From the IMG/VR virus record IMGVR_UViG_3300032224_000518, positions 1-53,725 of that record: a stretch of 53,725 bases of DNA, one strand, 5' to 3'. The translations under genes and the position numbers were made by a program. Every line of letters begins with the position of its first letter. Positions within the stretch are counted from its first letter, which is position 1. The notes under the pieces are model-generated. The model saw only the letters and a list, made by a program, of their open reading frames with translations. It made no database searches and had not been told where the DNA came from. Below are positions 1 to 8,154 of the stretch, one piece after another. This stretch comes from a virus (lineage: Duplodnaviria > Caudoviricetes).

Positions 1-264
1 ACTATTGTAGTTGGTCATCATGCTCCAAGCAAAGGTTCTGAGCATCCACGTTACAAGCATGATACGCTGATGAATGGTGCTTATAATTCTCAGTTGGAAG
101 ATTTTATTATGGATCGTCCAGGAATTAAATTGTGGACTCATGGTCATACTCATGAAGACTTTGACTACATGATTAAACAGTGTCGTGTTGTTTGTAATCC
201 TCGTGGTTATATCAACTACGAAGATCGTGCAGATCGTTTCGAACTTAAATATGTAGAGGTTTAG
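1..264 (+). CDS. Calcineurin-like metallophosphoesterase, C-terminal part (truncated by window start)
   Basis: Frame 1 is open from base 1 (TIVVGHHAPS...); it has the HH and HGHTH metal motifs and the NPRGY tail typical of phage metallophosphoesterases. Confidence 0.85.
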   Translation, partial: TIVVGHHAPSKGSEHPRYKHDTLMNGAYNSQLEDFIMDRPGIKLWTHGHTHEDFDYMIKQCRVVCNPRGYINYEDRADRFELKYVEV

Positions 265-265
265 T

Positions 266-601
266 ATGAGTGATTATCAACCAGATAAGTGGGTAGTTGT
301 TAAGATTACTGGAAAAGATATGCCACCAGTCCATAAAGTTTTTGCTTGTTGGTCTGGTGGTTATCTTGATGGCGATTCTTGGAAATTGAATTCAGGTATC
401 ACTAAGGTAACAGACAAAGATGATTATTTCTTCTTTGATGGTTCTAGTGGTTCATGTTATGCTTGTCGTAAAGGAATGTATGGTACCAATCTATATGGTC
501 ATGGAGTATTAAATAATTTGATTGATAAAATTGAAAAGGCTGATGGAACATGTGTTATCCTACCTGAGGACACTAATTGGTTGGAGATAAATTATGAATA
601 A
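266..601 (+). CDS. Conserved phage hypothetical protein
   Basis: 111-aa ORF tightly packed between neighbours; PDKWVVVKI...GGYLDGDSWKLNSGI pattern resembles large-phage hypotheticals. Confidence 0.7.
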   Translation: MSDYQPDKWVVVKITGKDMPPVHKVFACWSGGYLDGDSWKLNSGITKVTDKDDYFFFDGSSGSCYACRKGMYGTNLYGHGVLNNLIDKIEKADGTCVILPEDTNWLEINYE

Positions 602-821
602 AAGTTTTGTTGTAACTCTTGAAGAAGCAGATGATGGTAGTGGCGACGTAGTTCTCCCTCTTACACCTGAACTACTTGAAGACTTGGATTGGAAAGAGGG
701 TGATACTCTTGAATGGATTGATAATAAAAATGGAACTTGGACGCTACGAAAGAAAGAATCATGGATAATGAATTTATACCACTACTTAATGAAAAAGAAG
801 AAACAATTCTTCACTTTATGA
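594..821 (+). CDS. AbrB/MazE-like swapped-hairpin DNA-binding protein
   Basis: GDVVLPLTPELLEDLDWKEGDTLEW matches the AbrB/SpoVT pattern; GGAG upstream. Confidence 0.65.
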   Translation: MNKSFVVTLEEADDGSGDVVLPLTPELLEDLDWKEGDTLEWIDNKNGTWTLRKKESWIMNLYHYLMKKKKQFFTL

Positions 822-907
822 AACGTATCTCAGAATTAGAGTATGAAAACTCAAATTTAAAAGATGAAATTAAACAATTAAAATGGTCACTACAGGAGCA
901 CGACTAA
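761..907 (+). CDS. Small coiled-coil hypothetical protein (48 aa, below ORF-track cutoff)
   Basis: Read manually: MDNEFIPLLNEKEETILHFMKRISELEYENSNLKDEIKQLKWSLQEHD*; fills the gap and its TAA overlaps the next ATG (TAATG). Confidence 0.6.
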   Translation: MDNEFIPLLNEKEETILHFMKRISELEYENSNLKDEIKQLKWSLQEHD

Positions 908-1182
908 TGCCAAAATTTACATTTATCGGAGAGCACACAGATTTATATGGAAAACCAGATGGTACTAAAGTTACCTATGAGTTTGAAGTTGATTCATTGG
1001 ACGATGTTCTGATTCACGCTGACTTGTTTATTCGTGGTTGTGGTTACAATCCATCTGGAACACTTGGATATATTTCTGATGAAGAATACTATGGTGAACC
1101 TGAGTGGACCACTGAAGAGTGGGATACACCAGAAGATTCTCAACATTCAAAATTTTTCTTTGATACGGAGCGTAACAAATGA
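907..1182 (+). CDS. Hypothetical acidic protein
   Basis: Start moved to ATG 907 (AGGAG upstream, TAATG coupling). Confidence 0.65.
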   Translation: MPKFTFIGEHTDLYGKPDGTKVTYEFEVDSLDDVLIHADLFIRGCGYNPSGTLGYISDEEYYGEPEWTTEEWDTPEDSQHSKFFFDTERNK

Positions 1183-1553
1183 GTAAAGTATTCACTGACG
1201 TAGAAGTATTCCTACTTGCATGTGGTCAAAAACATGCAAATTATCCGACAACACCAAATGACTTGTCAGATCTTTATCTAAAATTGATTGATGAGGAATA
1301 TAGTGAGTTTGCAGAAGCAGTTGCAGACAATAATGATGCTGAACAACTCGATGCTTGCTTCGATATGATGTGGGTTATCATCGGTTACATGAAAGCACGT
1401 GGTTGGGATTGCGAAACAGCGTGGGATGAGGGTGCAAAAAGCAATCTTTCTAAAATTAACCCTACTACTGGCATGGTTATTCGTCGTGAAGATGGTAAAA
1501 TTCTCAAGCCAGAGGGCTGGAAACCTCCAAATTTTGCAAAATTCGTGAAATGA
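1179..1553 (+). CDS. MazG-like / PRA-PH all-alpha NTP pyrophosphohydrolase
   Basis: LIDEEYSEF...EQLDACFD acidic motif, SNLSK, and REDGKILKPEGWKPP. Confidence 0.8.
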   Translation: MSKVFTDVEVFLLACGQKHANYPTTPNDLSDLYLKLIDEEYSEFAEAVADNNDAEQLDACFDMMWVIIGYMKARGWDCETAWDEGAKSNLSKINPTTGMVIRREDGKILKPEGWKPPNFAKFVK

Positions 1554-1554
1554 C

Positions 1555-1583
1555 TTGACTTTAATTCAGTTTTGAGGTATAAT
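1555..1583 (+). promoter_or_regulatory. Sigma70-type promoter TTGACT-17-TATAAT
   Basis: TTGACT 1555-1560, TATAAT 1578-1583; spacer nearly identical to the promoter at 8155. Confidence 0.8.
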
Positions 1584-1589
1584 TATACT

Positions 1590-2096
1590 ATGATTACACT
1601 ATACTTAGACATGGACGGAGTGCTTTGCAACTTTGACAAGGCATATTCGTCACTTCGCACTCGTGCACCCGATGGAAAGCGTTTTCGTTACGCTGTTTTA
1701 GACTTTCACATCTTTGAAGATCTTGAATTTATGCCAGATGCGCAAGAATTACTCACTTATGTGAGTAAACTTGATGACATTACCATTGAAATTCTTACTT
1801 CAATGGGGACTTTCGATGCTCATCAAGGTTTTGCTGCTAAAATTCAAAAACAAAAGTGGTTAGACAAGCATAATATTCCTTATAAAGCCAATTTTGTGCG
1901 CTCTAAGGAAGAAAAAGCCCAATATGCCAACGAAAACACGATTTTAGTCGATGATTCTATTGGATGTATAACACCCTTTAATGCTAAAGGTGGTCATGGT
2001 ATCCTTCATACTAAATCTTCTGACTCAATTCAACAAATTCATGACACCATTCGTGGTATTTGTGGGTTAAATGCATTACGAGGTACATATGCTTGA
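1590..2096 (+). CDS. HAD-superfamily 5'(3')-deoxyribonucleotidase-like protein
   Basis: N-terminal LYLDMDGVLCNF (DxD) and ILVDD motifs; start placed at ATG 1590 after the promoter. Confidence 0.85.
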   Translation: MITLYLDMDGVLCNFDKAYSSLRTRAPDGKRFRYAVLDFHIFEDLEFMPDAQELLTYVSKLDDITIEILTSMGTFDAHQGFAAKIQKQKWLDKHNIPYKANFVRSKEEKAQYANENTILVDDSIGCITPFNAKGGHGILHTKSSDSIQQIHDTIRGICGLNALRGTYA

Positions 2097-2373
2097 TATT
2101 TTCGCACCTACTTTACAATGGATAAAAGATGACTGGAATTCTAATCGTTTTCGTTTTGTTATTGAGTTGTTGGCTTGGGCTGTGTCTATTGGTTGCTCAA
2201 TTACAATGGCTATCACTGTACCCAATCCTCCGCTTCTTTACATGTATCCTGTTTGGATCTCTGGTTGCGCTATGTATGCTTGGGCTAGTTATACTAGGAA
2301 ATCATTTGGCATGTTGGCTAACTATATGCTCTTGGTAACAATCGATATAATTGGATTAATCAGGATGCTTTAA
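2089..2373 (+). CDS. Small integral membrane protein (about 3 TM segments)
   Basis: Three hydrophobic stretches; GAGG upstream of ATG 2089. Confidence 0.7.
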   Translation: MLDIFAPTLQWIKDDWNSNRFRFVIELLAWAVSIGCSITMAITVPNPPLLYMYPVWISGCAMYAWASYTRKSFGMLANYMLLVTIDIIGLIRML

Positions 2374-2915
2374 TGAATATTTTTTATTTGGATAAAAATC
2401 CTAGAGTCTGTGCAGAGATGCACGTTGATAAACATTGCGTAAAGATGATACTTGAATATGCTCAACTCCTTTCTACCACACATCGTTATCTTGACGGTAT
2501 TCTTACTGATGGTTTATCTAAGTCTGGTCGCAAACGGAAGCAATACATTCTCTCTGATAAGCGTGAGCAAGTGCTTTATTCCGCTACTCATATTAATCAT
2601 CCTTCTGCAGTTTGGGTGAGACAGTCGGATAAAAATTATATGTGGCTCGCTGAAATGCTCGAGATGTTATGCTGCGAGTATACATATCGTTATGGTAAAG
2701 TTCATAAAGTTGAATCTATTGGTCTAATGCAACTACTAAAGAATGAATTTCCAAAAAATATACCAACTGGCAATTTTACTGAACCGACTCCTGCGATGCC
2801 AGACCACTATAAAGTAGCTGGTGATTCAATTACGTCTTATAAGAACTATTATCTTGGAGATAAGACTCGTATGTTCTCTTGGAAAAATCGTCCAACACCA
2901 AGTTGGATTAGCTAA
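2373..2915 (+). CDS. Pyrimidine-dimer DNA glycosylase (DenV/Pyr_excise)-related protein
   Basis: MNIFYLD...DKHCVKMILEYAQLLSTTH...THINHPSAVW family signature; the function assignment is by family only. Confidence 0.65.
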   Translation: MNIFYLDKNPRVCAEMHVDKHCVKMILEYAQLLSTTHRYLDGILTDGLSKSGRKRKQYILSDKREQVLYSATHINHPSAVWVRQSDKNYMWLAEMLEMLCCEYTYRYGKVHKVESIGLMQLLKNEFPKNIPTGNFTEPTPAMPDHYKVAGDSITSYKNYYLGDKTRMFSWKNRPTPSWIS

Positions 2916-2918
2916 ATA
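2912..2918 (+). promoter_or_regulatory. T4-type late promoter motif CTAAATA
   Basis: Variant of the gp55 -10 box TATAAATA, located just upstream of the RBS of the 2935 gene. Confidence 0.6.
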
Positions 2919-2934
2919 CAAAAGAGGAGTTATT

Positions 2935-3180
2935 ATGCCAACATACGTATTTCGAAACAAAGAAACAGGTGAGCAGTTTGAAAAATTGATGAAAATTTCA
3001 GAACTCGACTCATTCAGAGCTGAAAATCCCCAACTAGAAACCATTATACAGTCACCGATGATATGCGATCCTGTTAGAGTAGGTGCACGTAAAATGGATA
3101 CAGGATTTAAGGAGGTATTGCAAAAGATTAACGAACGAAACCCCCACAACGATTTAAGTAAAACCTCTTCACAACTTTAA
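2935..3180 (+). CDS. FmdB-like small protein (MPTY-type, lacks the Zn-ribbon cysteines)
   Basis: MPTYVFRNKETGEQFE...GFKEVLQKI; GAGGAG RBS before ATG 2935. Confidence 0.65.
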   Translation: MPTYVFRNKETGEQFEKLMKISELDSFRAENPQLETIIQSPMICDPVRVGARKMDTGFKEVLQKINERNPHNDLSKTSSQL

Positions 3181-3189
3181 GGAATTTTA

Positions 3190-3957
3190 ATGGCTCGTAA
3201 ATCTGCACTAGCGATAGTGGAAAGAGATAATAATGAACAACGTGAGCCCAAACCAATCGCTTCTAATCAATTAAAATTAAGATTAGACAATTTAAAAACT
3301 TTCCAACCACTAACAGAAAATCAAAAATTATTTTTCGATGCATATAAATTAGGCGATTATTTTATAGCATTACATGGTGTAGCAGGAACAGGTAAAACCT
3401 TCATTGCGTTATATAAAGCGATTGAAGAAGTATTGGATAAAAATAATCCATTTAATAAAATTATTGTAGTTCGCTCAGCAGTACAATCTCGAGAGATCGG
3501 TCATCTTCCAGGAGACGTTAATGAGAAGATGGATATCTACGAACAACCTTATCGTCAAATTTGTCATCAGTTATTTGATCGTAAAGACGCATGGGATCGT
3601 TTAGAAGAACAGGGGTATATTCAATTTATCTCAACGTCTTTTATTCGTGGTATGTCTTTTGACAATGCTATTATTATTGTTGATGAAATGCAGAATTTAA
3701 CGTATGATGAAATTGATACAGTTATGACTCGTGTTGGTCATATGTCAAAGATTATCTGGTGTGGAGATTATCGACAGACCGACCTAAATAAACGAAAGAA
3801 CGATGTTACAGGTATTTTGAAATTTTTTGATATTGCGCAGCACATGAAATCATTTACTCGCATTGAGTTTACTGTAGATGATATCGTTCGTTCATCATTG
3901 GTCAAAGATTATATCTTGGCTAAATTAAAATACGAAGATTACGAGGATAGAAAATGA
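3190..3957 (+). CDS. phoH: PhoH family ATPase
   Basis: Walker A GVAGTGKT, IGHLPG, RGMSF, IIVDEMQN, GDYRQTDL, DIVRS. Confidence 0.95.
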   Translation: MARKSALAIVERDNNEQREPKPIASNQLKLRLDNLKTFQPLTENQKLFFDAYKLGDYFIALHGVAGTGKTFIALYKAIEEVLDKNNPFNKIIVVRSAVQSREIGHLPGDVNEKMDIYEQPYRQICHQLFDRKDAWDRLEEQGYIQFISTSFIRGMSFDNAIIIVDEMQNLTYDEIDTVMTRVGHMSKIIWCGDYRQTDLNKRKNDVTGILKFFDIAQHMKSFTRIEFTVDDIVRSSLVKDYILAKLKYEDYEDRK

Positions 3958-4574
3958 TAACAGGAGATCAATTTAAACACTTGTTCCCACGTGCGCAAGA
4001 TCCAGATGGATGGGCTGACGCAATGAATAATGTGTTTCCAACATACGATATTAATACACCAGAGCGTGTAGCAGCATTCCTTGCTCAGTGTGGACATGAG
4101 TCTGGTGGTTGGACAGTTTTTGAAGAAAATCTGAATTACTCAGCGCAAGGATTAAATAGCATTTTTAAGAAGTATTTCCCTACTATCGAATCTGCTACAC
4201 CTTATGCTCGTCAACCAGAAAAAATTGCTAATAAAATTTATTCAAGTCGTATGGGTAATGGTGATGAATCTTCAGGCGACGGATATAAGTTTCGTGGTCG
4301 TGGACCGATCCAGTTGACTGGTCGTGCAAACTATACTAAATTTGCACAAGAGATGTTTGACGACTGGCAAAACGTAGTAGATAATCCTGATTGGGTTACT
4401 GCTGATCGTGACTTTGCTCTTATGTCTGCAATTTGGTTTTGGAATGCAAATAAATTAAATGTGCAAGCAGACTCTGGTGATATTAAACTAATGACCAAGA
4501 AAATCAATGGTGGATACATTGGTTTAGAGGATCGTATCAAACATTATAATGAATGCATGCACTTATTGACTTAA
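3954..4574 (+). CDS. Glycoside hydrolase family 19 endolysin
   Basis: AAFLAQCGHESGG, EENLNYS, FRGRGPIQLTG, TKKINGG. Confidence 0.92.
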   Translation: MITGDQFKHLFPRAQDPDGWADAMNNVFPTYDINTPERVAAFLAQCGHESGGWTVFEENLNYSAQGLNSIFKKYFPTIESATPYARQPEKIANKIYSSRMGNGDESSGDGYKFRGRGPIQLTGRANYTKFAQEMFDDWQNVVDNPDWVTADRDFALMSAIWFWNANKLNVQADSGDIKLMTKKINGGYIGLEDRIKHYNECMHLLT

Positions 4575-4575
4575 T

Positions 4576-5226
4576 ATGAAGACATTTATACATCATGAAT
4601 TTTCCAAACTTGAACGTATCGACTCTCCCGAAGGTAGATTATACAAAACCCCTTCGGGTAGAGCCTATCCCTCCGTTACAACAGTTACAGGATTGCACTC
4701 ACAAAAATCCATCATGGAATGGAGAAAGAAAGTTGGTGAAGAAGCAGCCAACGCAATCTCAAGTAGAGCAGCAGGAAGAGGAACTCGAATACACAATCTA
4801 TGTGAAAACTATCTCCTCGGAAATAATCCTGAAGCGGATATGTTCGACCAAGATATCTTTAAGAGTTTAATTCCTCAATTAGATTTAATAGATAATATTC
4901 ATGCATTAGAAACACCACTATTCTCGCATCATTTAGAAGTTGCAGGAACTGTTGATTGTATTGCTGAATATAAAGGTAAACTGGCTGTTATTGATTTTAA
5001 AACTTCAAGTAAGTTAAAGAATCGTGATTGGATTCATGGATATTTTATGCAGACGTCAGCATATGCTGTAATGTTTGAAGAATTGACAGGAATTCCTATC
5101 GGTAGACTTGTTGTTATTATTGGAGTGGATGATGAAGAACCACAAATCTTCGAGGAAAAACGAGATAATTGGATTAGTGGTTTCAAAGATTTACGATTGC
5201 AATATAAGCAAATAAAAAAGATTTGA
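4576..5226 (+). CDS. PD-(D/E)XK (Cas4-like) exonuclease
   Basis: YPSVTTV, RGTRIH, AGTVDC, IDFKTS, QTSAYA motifs. Confidence 0.88.
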   Translation: MKTFIHHEFSKLERIDSPEGRLYKTPSGRAYPSVTTVTGLHSQKSIMEWRKKVGEEAANAISSRAAGRGTRIHNLCENYLLGNNPEADMFDQDIFKSLIPQLDLIDNIHALETPLFSHHLEVAGTVDCIAEYKGKLAVIDFKTSSKLKNRDWIHGYFMQTSAYAVMFEELTGIPIGRLVVIIGVDDEEPQIFEEKRDNWISGFKDLRLQYKQIKKI

Positions 5227-5251
5227 CATAAATATAAGATTACTGTATAAT
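5223..5251 (+). promoter_or_regulatory. Consensus sigma70 promoter of the tmRNA gene
   Basis: TTGACA 5223-5228, 17-bp spacer, TATAAT 5246-5251. Confidence 0.88.
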
Positions 5252-5257
5252 AGATAT

Positions 5258-5545
5258 ATGGTAATGTGAATTGTTGTATGAAGTGAATGGAAAAGTATTC
5301 TGGACGTGGGTTCGATTCCCACCACCTCCACCATAGCATATTAGACGAACCAGTTTTGGTAGCAAACATAATTGATCGTGTAGCGAGATATTAGTGGCTA
5401 ATGTGCTATGTTGGGGGTGACAAGGTTTCGACAGGGTAATAAGTACAAACATGGACAACTCGGTAGGCGATGACCGTAAATCAAGCAAACTAAGTAAATG
5501 CAAACGACTCTGTCTACGCATTAGCAGCCTAAACACTGCTTAGGG
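5258..5545 (+). ncRNA. ssrA: Circularly permuted (two-piece) tmRNA; tag ANDSVYALAA
   Basis: The T-arm GTGGG-TTCGATT-CCCAC and CACCTCC-A-CCA (5306-5333) come before the 5' half GGGGGTG-ACAAGGTTTCGAC (from 5413); G3:U70 Ala identity pair; tag frame 5500-5532; outer ends approximate. Confidence 0.92.
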
Positions 5546-5549
5546 TTTC

Positions 5550-5590
5550 GGTAACTTTCCTCGTAACAGAATAAGTTACCAAGTTTTTAA
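5550..5590 (+). terminator. Stem-loop plus U-rich tail closing the tmRNA gene
   Basis: GGTAACTT (5550-5557) pairs with AAGTTACC (5573-5580), followed by a T-rich tract. Confidence 0.6.
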
Positions 5591-5607
5591 TTTTAAAAGG
5601 AAATAGT

Positions 5608-6051
5608 ATGAAAAAATTAGTTCTAGTAGCTGCATTAATGGCAGCATTTTCTGCACAAGCAGTTGAAGTTGGTGTGAATGGTAGCACCGATACTGCTAAC
5701 ACAGATCGCACTGGTTATGGTATAACTGTTGGTCAGAAGTTTGATAAAGTTGGTGTAACAGCTGGTTTTGATCGTTACACTAAAGGTACTGACCTTGACA
5801 AATACACCTTGATGGGTTCTTATGATGTAGCTAAGGTTGGTACTGCAACAGTTGCAGTTAAAGCTGGTGTTGCATATCTAAACCAGAAAACTGGTAATGA
5901 TGGTTATGCAGGTTTGGTTGGTGCAGGTGTTTCTATTCCTGTTACTAAACAAGTAGCTGCAACTGTTGACTATCGTTATCAAGCTGGTCAAAGCAGAGTT
6001 AATAATTTAGATGGTAGTACTGTTTCTGCTGGTCTGAAATACTCTTTCTAA
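5608..6051 (+). CDS. Outer-membrane 8-stranded beta-barrel protein (OmpA/Ail/Lom-like)
   Basis: Signal peptide MKKLVLVAALMAAFSAQA, amphipathic strands, C-terminal beta-signal GLKYSF. Confidence 0.85.
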   Translation: MKKLVLVAALMAAFSAQAVEVGVNGSTDTANTDRTGYGITVGQKFDKVGVTAGFDRYTKGTDLDKYTLMGSYDVAKVGTATVAVKAGVAYLNQKTGNDGYAGLVGAGVSIPVTKQVAATVDYRYQAGQSRVNNLDGSTVSAGLKYSF

Positions 6052-6060
6052 GGATATAAC

Positions 6061-6243
6061 ATGAAGACAATTATCTTACTTACTGCTTTAACATTTTCTC
6101 TTTCAACATTTGCTGCTGAACCAGCAAAACCTGCAAAGAAAGAAGAAACAAATTGCGTAACAAAGGACAAGAAAGGTAATTGTCCTCCTGCACCAAAGTC
6201 AGCCAAGCCGACTCCAAAGAAAAAAGCTGAAGCGACTAAATAA
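6061..6243 (+). CDS. Small secreted Lys/Pro-rich protein
   Basis: Signal peptide ending STFA; two Cys; low-complexity tail; AAGGA RBS. Confidence 0.7.
   Translation: MKTIILLTALTFSLSTFAAEPAKPAKKEETNCVTKDKKGNCPPAPKSAKPTPKKKAEATK
6236..6242 (+). promoter_or_regulatory. Late promoter motif CTAAATA
   Basis: Motif at a gene boundary, upstream of a structured leader. Confidence 0.55.
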
Positions 6244-6308
6244 TATACACGTGGGTTGGTGGAACCCAATAAAACCACCATTTTACACACAACACAGGAG
6301 AAGTAAAA

Positions 6309-6581
6309 ATGTCAAACATGACTCCGTTCGAGATTCGCCTTGAACTATTAAAAATGGCGAAAGACATGCTTAACGATGACTACTACGGTAAGCGTGAAGT
6401 AATTAGCAATAGTTGGCATGCTAAACTAGAAATTGCTAAAATCAATGGTGGTGAGTTACCTGAACATCCAGGATTTCCAGCTTACCCATCAGAAACCGAA
6501 ATCATTGCAAAGGCTCAGACCCTAAATGGTTTTGTTTCAAACATCCCACTAGATACAAAGACTAGCAAAAAGTCCACCTGA
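6309..6581 (+). CDS. Conserved phage hypothetical protein
   Basis: PFEIRLELLKMAKDML...YPSETEIIAKAQTLNGFV; AGGAG RBS. Confidence 0.75.
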   Translation: MSNMTPFEIRLELLKMAKDMLNDDYYGKREVISNSWHAKLEIAKINGGELPEHPGFPAYPSETEIIAKAQTLNGFVSNIPLDTKTSKKST

Positions 6582-6591
6582 TAGGGATTGG

Positions 6592-6622
6592 AAGAGTATA
6601 CATTCACATGTATACTCTTTTA
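6592..6622 (+). terminator. Intrinsic terminator-like hairpin
   Basis: AAGAGTATACAT-TCAC-ATGTATACTCTT is a perfect 12-bp stem followed by Ts. Confidence 0.65.
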
Positions 6623-6638
6623 ACTAACAAGGAGAAAT

Positions 6639-7190
6639 ATGCGAGTAACATATAAAAATATACTTTTAATTATACTAGCACTAATAACATTAACATCGAT
6701 ATTCACTTATTCTGAAACTACACGAAAGTACTTGAATATTAAATATACTGAATTGACAACCGATACTCAAAAACAGATCGATTGTCTTGCTCAAAACATT
6801 TACTATGAAGCTGGATATGAACCAGTAGAAGGTAGAGTTGCAGTAGCACTAGTTACATTAAATCGTGTTAACGATCAAAGATTTCCTAAAGACATTTGTG
6901 GAGTCGTTAAACAGAAAACAACTTCAGTCTGTCAGTTTTCGTGGTTCTGTTCCACACCAAAAATTTCAAACAAAACTGCATACGATGAGTCTTTACAGAC
7001 TGCATTGTGGGTTTATGCAAATTATGAAATTTTAGAGGACATTACCAAAGGTGCGATATACTATCATGCGGATTACGTTAATCCAAGATGGAAGTTAGAG
7101 AAGACTACCCAAATCGGTAGACATATATTTTATAAGGATTACAATAATGATGCAAAAACTGAATCTCGCAATAAAGGAAGAGCAATCTAG
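6639..7190 (+). CDS. SleB / Hydrolase_2 cell wall hydrolase with N-terminal TM anchor
   Basis: CLAQNIYYEA, NRV, CQFSWFC, YYHADYVNPRW, IGRHIFY. Confidence 0.9.
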   Translation: MRVTYKNILLIILALITLTSIFTYSETTRKYLNIKYTELTTDTQKQIDCLAQNIYYEAGYEPVEGRVAVALVTLNRVNDQRFPKDICGVVKQKTTSVCQFSWFCSTPKISNKTAYDESLQTALWVYANYEILEDITKGAIYYHADYVNPRWKLEKTTQIGRHIFYKDYNNDAKTESRNKGRAI

Positions 7191-7704
7191 TCATTCGTTT
7201 TATCTGTTAATGGATGAAATTAGTGTGGCAACAGTAAAGCCAGCTGTAGAATGGATTATGGAAGCAAACTTTACAGATGAGCGACCTGATATGCTTAACC
7301 TGTTGATTACTTCTCCAGGTGGCGATCTAAATGCTGCTTTTGCATTGGTAGATGTTATGAGAGGATCAGCTGTTCCTATTAGGACAGTTGGTCTCGGACA
7401 AATTGCTTCAGCAGGATTGATGATTTTTATTGCTGGAACAAAAGGGCAAAGAATGTTAACACCAAACACCTCTATTCTATCTCATCAATATTCTTGGGGA
7501 GCATTTGGTAAAGAACATGAATTATTTGCTCAAGTTAAAGAGTTTGACTTGACAACAAAGAGAATGATTGCTCACTATAAAAAGTGTACTGGATTATCTG
7601 AACAAAAAATTCGTGAGGTATTACTCCCACCACAAGACGTATGGTTGGGTTCTTTAGAAGCAAAAAAATTAGGGATATGCGACGATGTTAAAGACCTTAA
7701 GTAA
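7147..7704 (+). CDS. clpP: ClpP protease proteolytic subunit
   Basis: ITSPGG, IASAG (Ser), SHQ (His), DVWL (Asp), EAKKLGICD. Confidence 0.9.
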   Translation: MMQKLNLAIKEEQSSHSFYLLMDEISVATVKPAVEWIMEANFTDERPDMLNLLITSPGGDLNAAFALVDVMRGSAVPIRTVGLGQIASAGLMIFIAGTKGQRMLTPNTSILSHQYSWGAFGKEHELFAQVKEFDLTTKRMIAHYKKCTGLSEQKIREVLLPPQDVWLGSLEAKKLGICDDVKDLK

Positions 7705-7873
7705 TTACATACAGTACTCTGGTATTTGGGTTTCACTTTGTGTGAATCCATTTCATTGGAGTTTTAAAGCAGAGTTCATGCATCCAGACGATTTAAATCC
7801 AAAGATGCGAGGAGTCTATTTGGTATTGGCAATGGTGTCAATCCGAATAGTCATTGATGATGGTAGTTGGTAA
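7685..7873 (+). CDS. Hypothetical protein
   Basis: 62-aa ORF filling the gap, ending IDDGSW. Confidence 0.55.
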   Translation: MLKTLSNYIQYSGIWVSLCVNPFHWSFKAEFMHPDDLNPKMRGVYLVLAMVSIRIVIDDGSW

Positions 7874-7889
7874 ATTTAGGGAGTTTATT

Positions 7890-8132
7890 ATGGAAGTGAG
7901 AAGAGAAGCAATGGCATTTATTATTGGTGCTGCACTTGTTGCAATAACTTTAATTTGCTGTGTAACATTTTTTAGTTACAATCAGACTCTGGCAATTAAA
8001 TCAAATATTGAGTCTGCAATTGTTAAGGGAATTGACCCACTTTCTGTTCGTTGCGCATATGGCGATAATAGTCATGTTTGTGTAGCCTATGCAGTGGCTC
8101 ATGGGAAGTACTCTGGAGAGGGTAAAAAATAG
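7890..8132 (+). CDS. Hypothetical single-pass membrane protein
   Basis: GGGAG RBS before ATG 7890; one TM helix; C-terminal Cys pair. Confidence 0.65.
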   Translation: MEVRREAMAFIIGAALVAITLICCVTFFSYNQTLAIKSNIESAIVKGIDPLSVRCAYGDNSHVCVAYAVAHGKYSGEGKK

Positions 8133-8154
8133 TTGTTTTTACGCAACTAAATGC

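Noticed and set aside
594-907. AbrB/MazE-like gene as a toxin-antitoxin pair
   Set aside because: Neighbouring ORFs show no MazF, PIN or other toxin motif
4576-5226. Cas4-like nuclease as evidence of a CRISPR system
   Set aside because: A stand-alone PD-(D/E)XK exonuclease common in T4-like phages; lacks the Fe-S cysteine set and any array
5302-5333. tRNA-like 3' end (T-arm plus CCA) as a tRNA gene or integration att site
   Set aside because: No anticodon arm upstream; it pairs with the downstream GGGGGTG and is explained as the acceptor piece of a permuted tmRNA; no integrase in the window
5034-5711. Minus-strand ORFs 5034-5369, 5240-5536 and 5529-5711
   Set aside because: Antisense to the exonuclease, tmRNA and OMP genes; no coding features
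6252-6280. Calling the leader structure a preQ1-I riboswitch
   Set aside because: The loop is too short and lacks the conserved ligand-contacting residues; kept only as an unnamed structure
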